Assembly: GCA_043228905.1 (NCBI GenBank)
Contig: JBHGNT010000016.1
Coordinates: forward strand, 15,562,001-15,626,000
Origin: Azolla caroliniana
Lineage: Eukaryota > Plantae > Polypodiophyta
Direction of reading: 5' to 3'
DNA length: 64,000 nt
In this document: positions 62,837 through 64,000 of the stretch, in pieces
Position numbering within the stretch: position 1 is the stretch's first letter
How the letters are laid out: the number at the start of each line of letters is the position of its first letter
Program-made: the position numbers and the translations under genes
The notes under the pieces: model-generated
Told to the model about the DNA's origin: nothing
Database searches by the model: none
What the model saw: the letters and a program-made list of their open reading frames with translations, nothing else

Positions 62837-63202
62837 CTCGTCATATCTTGGGTATGCAGATAGAGCGAGATCGGATGACCAAGACCCTCTAGCTCTCCCA
62901 GTCCAACTATATTTGGAAGGTGCTAAGGCGATTCAACATCGAGAATGCGACGCCTGCACCTGCTCCGCTTCCGACATCATTTAGACTATCGAACAAAGAA
63001 TCTCCATCGACAGAAGAGGAGAGAGAACTCGTCATATCTTGGGTATGCAGATAGAGCGAGATCGGATGACCAAGACCCTCTAGCTCTCCCAGTCCAACTG
63101 TATCTGGAAGGTGCTAAGGCAATTCAACATCGGGAATGCGACGCCCGCACCTGCTCCGCTTCCGACATCATTTAGACTATCGAACAAAGAATCTCCATCG
63201 AC
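62837..63202 (+). repeat. ~191-bp tandem duplication inside the host copia RT
   Basis: CTCGTCATATCTTGGGTATGCAGATAGAGCGAG... starts at both 62837 and 63028, and the copies are near-identical. Confidence 0.9.
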
Positions 63203-64000
63203 ATCATTTCGCTACTAGTCGCGCTTTGTAGCGGTTGACAGAACCGTCAACGTTGTACTTCACTTTGTAAATCCATCTGCATCCGATCGCCTTTTTGTGT
63301 GGTGAGGTGGGAACGAGATCCCATGTCTCATTCTTGCGTAGTGCCTGCATATCCTTGTTCATGGCTTCGATCCATCGCGGATCCTTGGCTGCTTCGGAAA
63401 ATGTTTCCGGCTCGCGTACTGTCGCCACCTTCATCATAAAGGCATAGTGATATGCCATGTAGTTGTTGTAGCCGAATCAGCTGACCGGATTCTTTTCACG
63501 GGTGGAGTGACAGAGCTTTTCCTTTGTAGAGATGAGGGCTTTCTTAGCTCCGATTGGTACATCGAAGCCGCCGAACTCACTGTCGAGTGAGTGAGTCGAC
63601 TCATCGTCGTCGAAGCGATCGTCTTCGTATTCCGCCATTTTCGCCTTGCCTTTGTCCAGCTCGGGCTAGGCCATGATGTGCTTTGATCGCTCAAAGGCTC
63701 TTGTGGTCTACTCAATCGGGTCGTGATCGAACTTTCTTCGAACATGCGCGTAAGGTGATCTTCATCCTCTATCTCTTGTTCGGCGGATTCCGGGTCGAGC
63801 GGAGTCGGAGTAGAAGTTGTCTCTGGTGCATACCAGGATGCGGACTCGTCAAAAACGACGTCTCGACTTACTTGAGATTTTCGAGTTGAGGGGTTGTAGC
63901 ACTTGTACCCTTTTTGCTCCAGTGAGTATCCTACGAGGATACATTTCTCCGACTTCGGGTCAAGCTTCTGACGCTTCTCGTCGGGGATGTGCATGTACGC
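63203..64000 (-). mobile_element. Ty1/copia integrase C-terminus / RT N-terminus fragment
   Basis: RQKLDPKSEKCILVGYSLEQKGYKCYNP..VSRDVVFDE and [23 protein letters not shown]. It is truncated at 63203 and runs off the window. Confidence 0.9.

Larger units (their letters stand above)
52437..63202 (+). mobile_element. Host Ty1/copia RT fragment split by the nested insertions 52724-62686
   Basis: VVKMTT..LELEQLDVKIAFLH..SLYGLKQAPRMWY precedes 52724. The RT resumes after 62686 with IYLIIYVDNMLIVG..FAMKDLGQARHILGMQI. Confidence 0.8.

Overview
This is eukaryotic land-plant nuclear DNA: GT-AG introns, TTTAGGG telomere repeats, a PPR gene, tRNA-iMet-primed copia elements and many microsatellites. A fern or other non-seed plant is my inference and is not proven. 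Two dense nests of LTR retrotransposons (1-10.3 kb and 50-64 kb) flank an AT-rich, TE-degraded middle that holds two intact genes. The first is a 26-exon, ~1114-aa, 12-TM sterol-sensing/RND protein on the + strand (30912-39745), built by hand with every intron GT-AG and phase-consistent. Its motifs follow animal Patched (PTCH), the Hedgehog receptor, rather than the NPC1-type proteins usual in plants: no NPC1 N-terminal domain, and intact GxxxDD/GxxxEF transport motifs. The second is a P-class PPR gene on the - strand with an intronless CDS (47466-49679). The Patched-type transporter in a plant is the main candidate for an undescribed system. Secondary observations: a gag-protease-only copia with TSD, a tRNA-Trp-primed Gypsy, a 131-bp TGT..ACA foldback insertion, a dispersed SINE-like family, and a head-to-head telomeric insertion in a Patched intron. 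All family assignments rest on recalled motifs; no searches were run.
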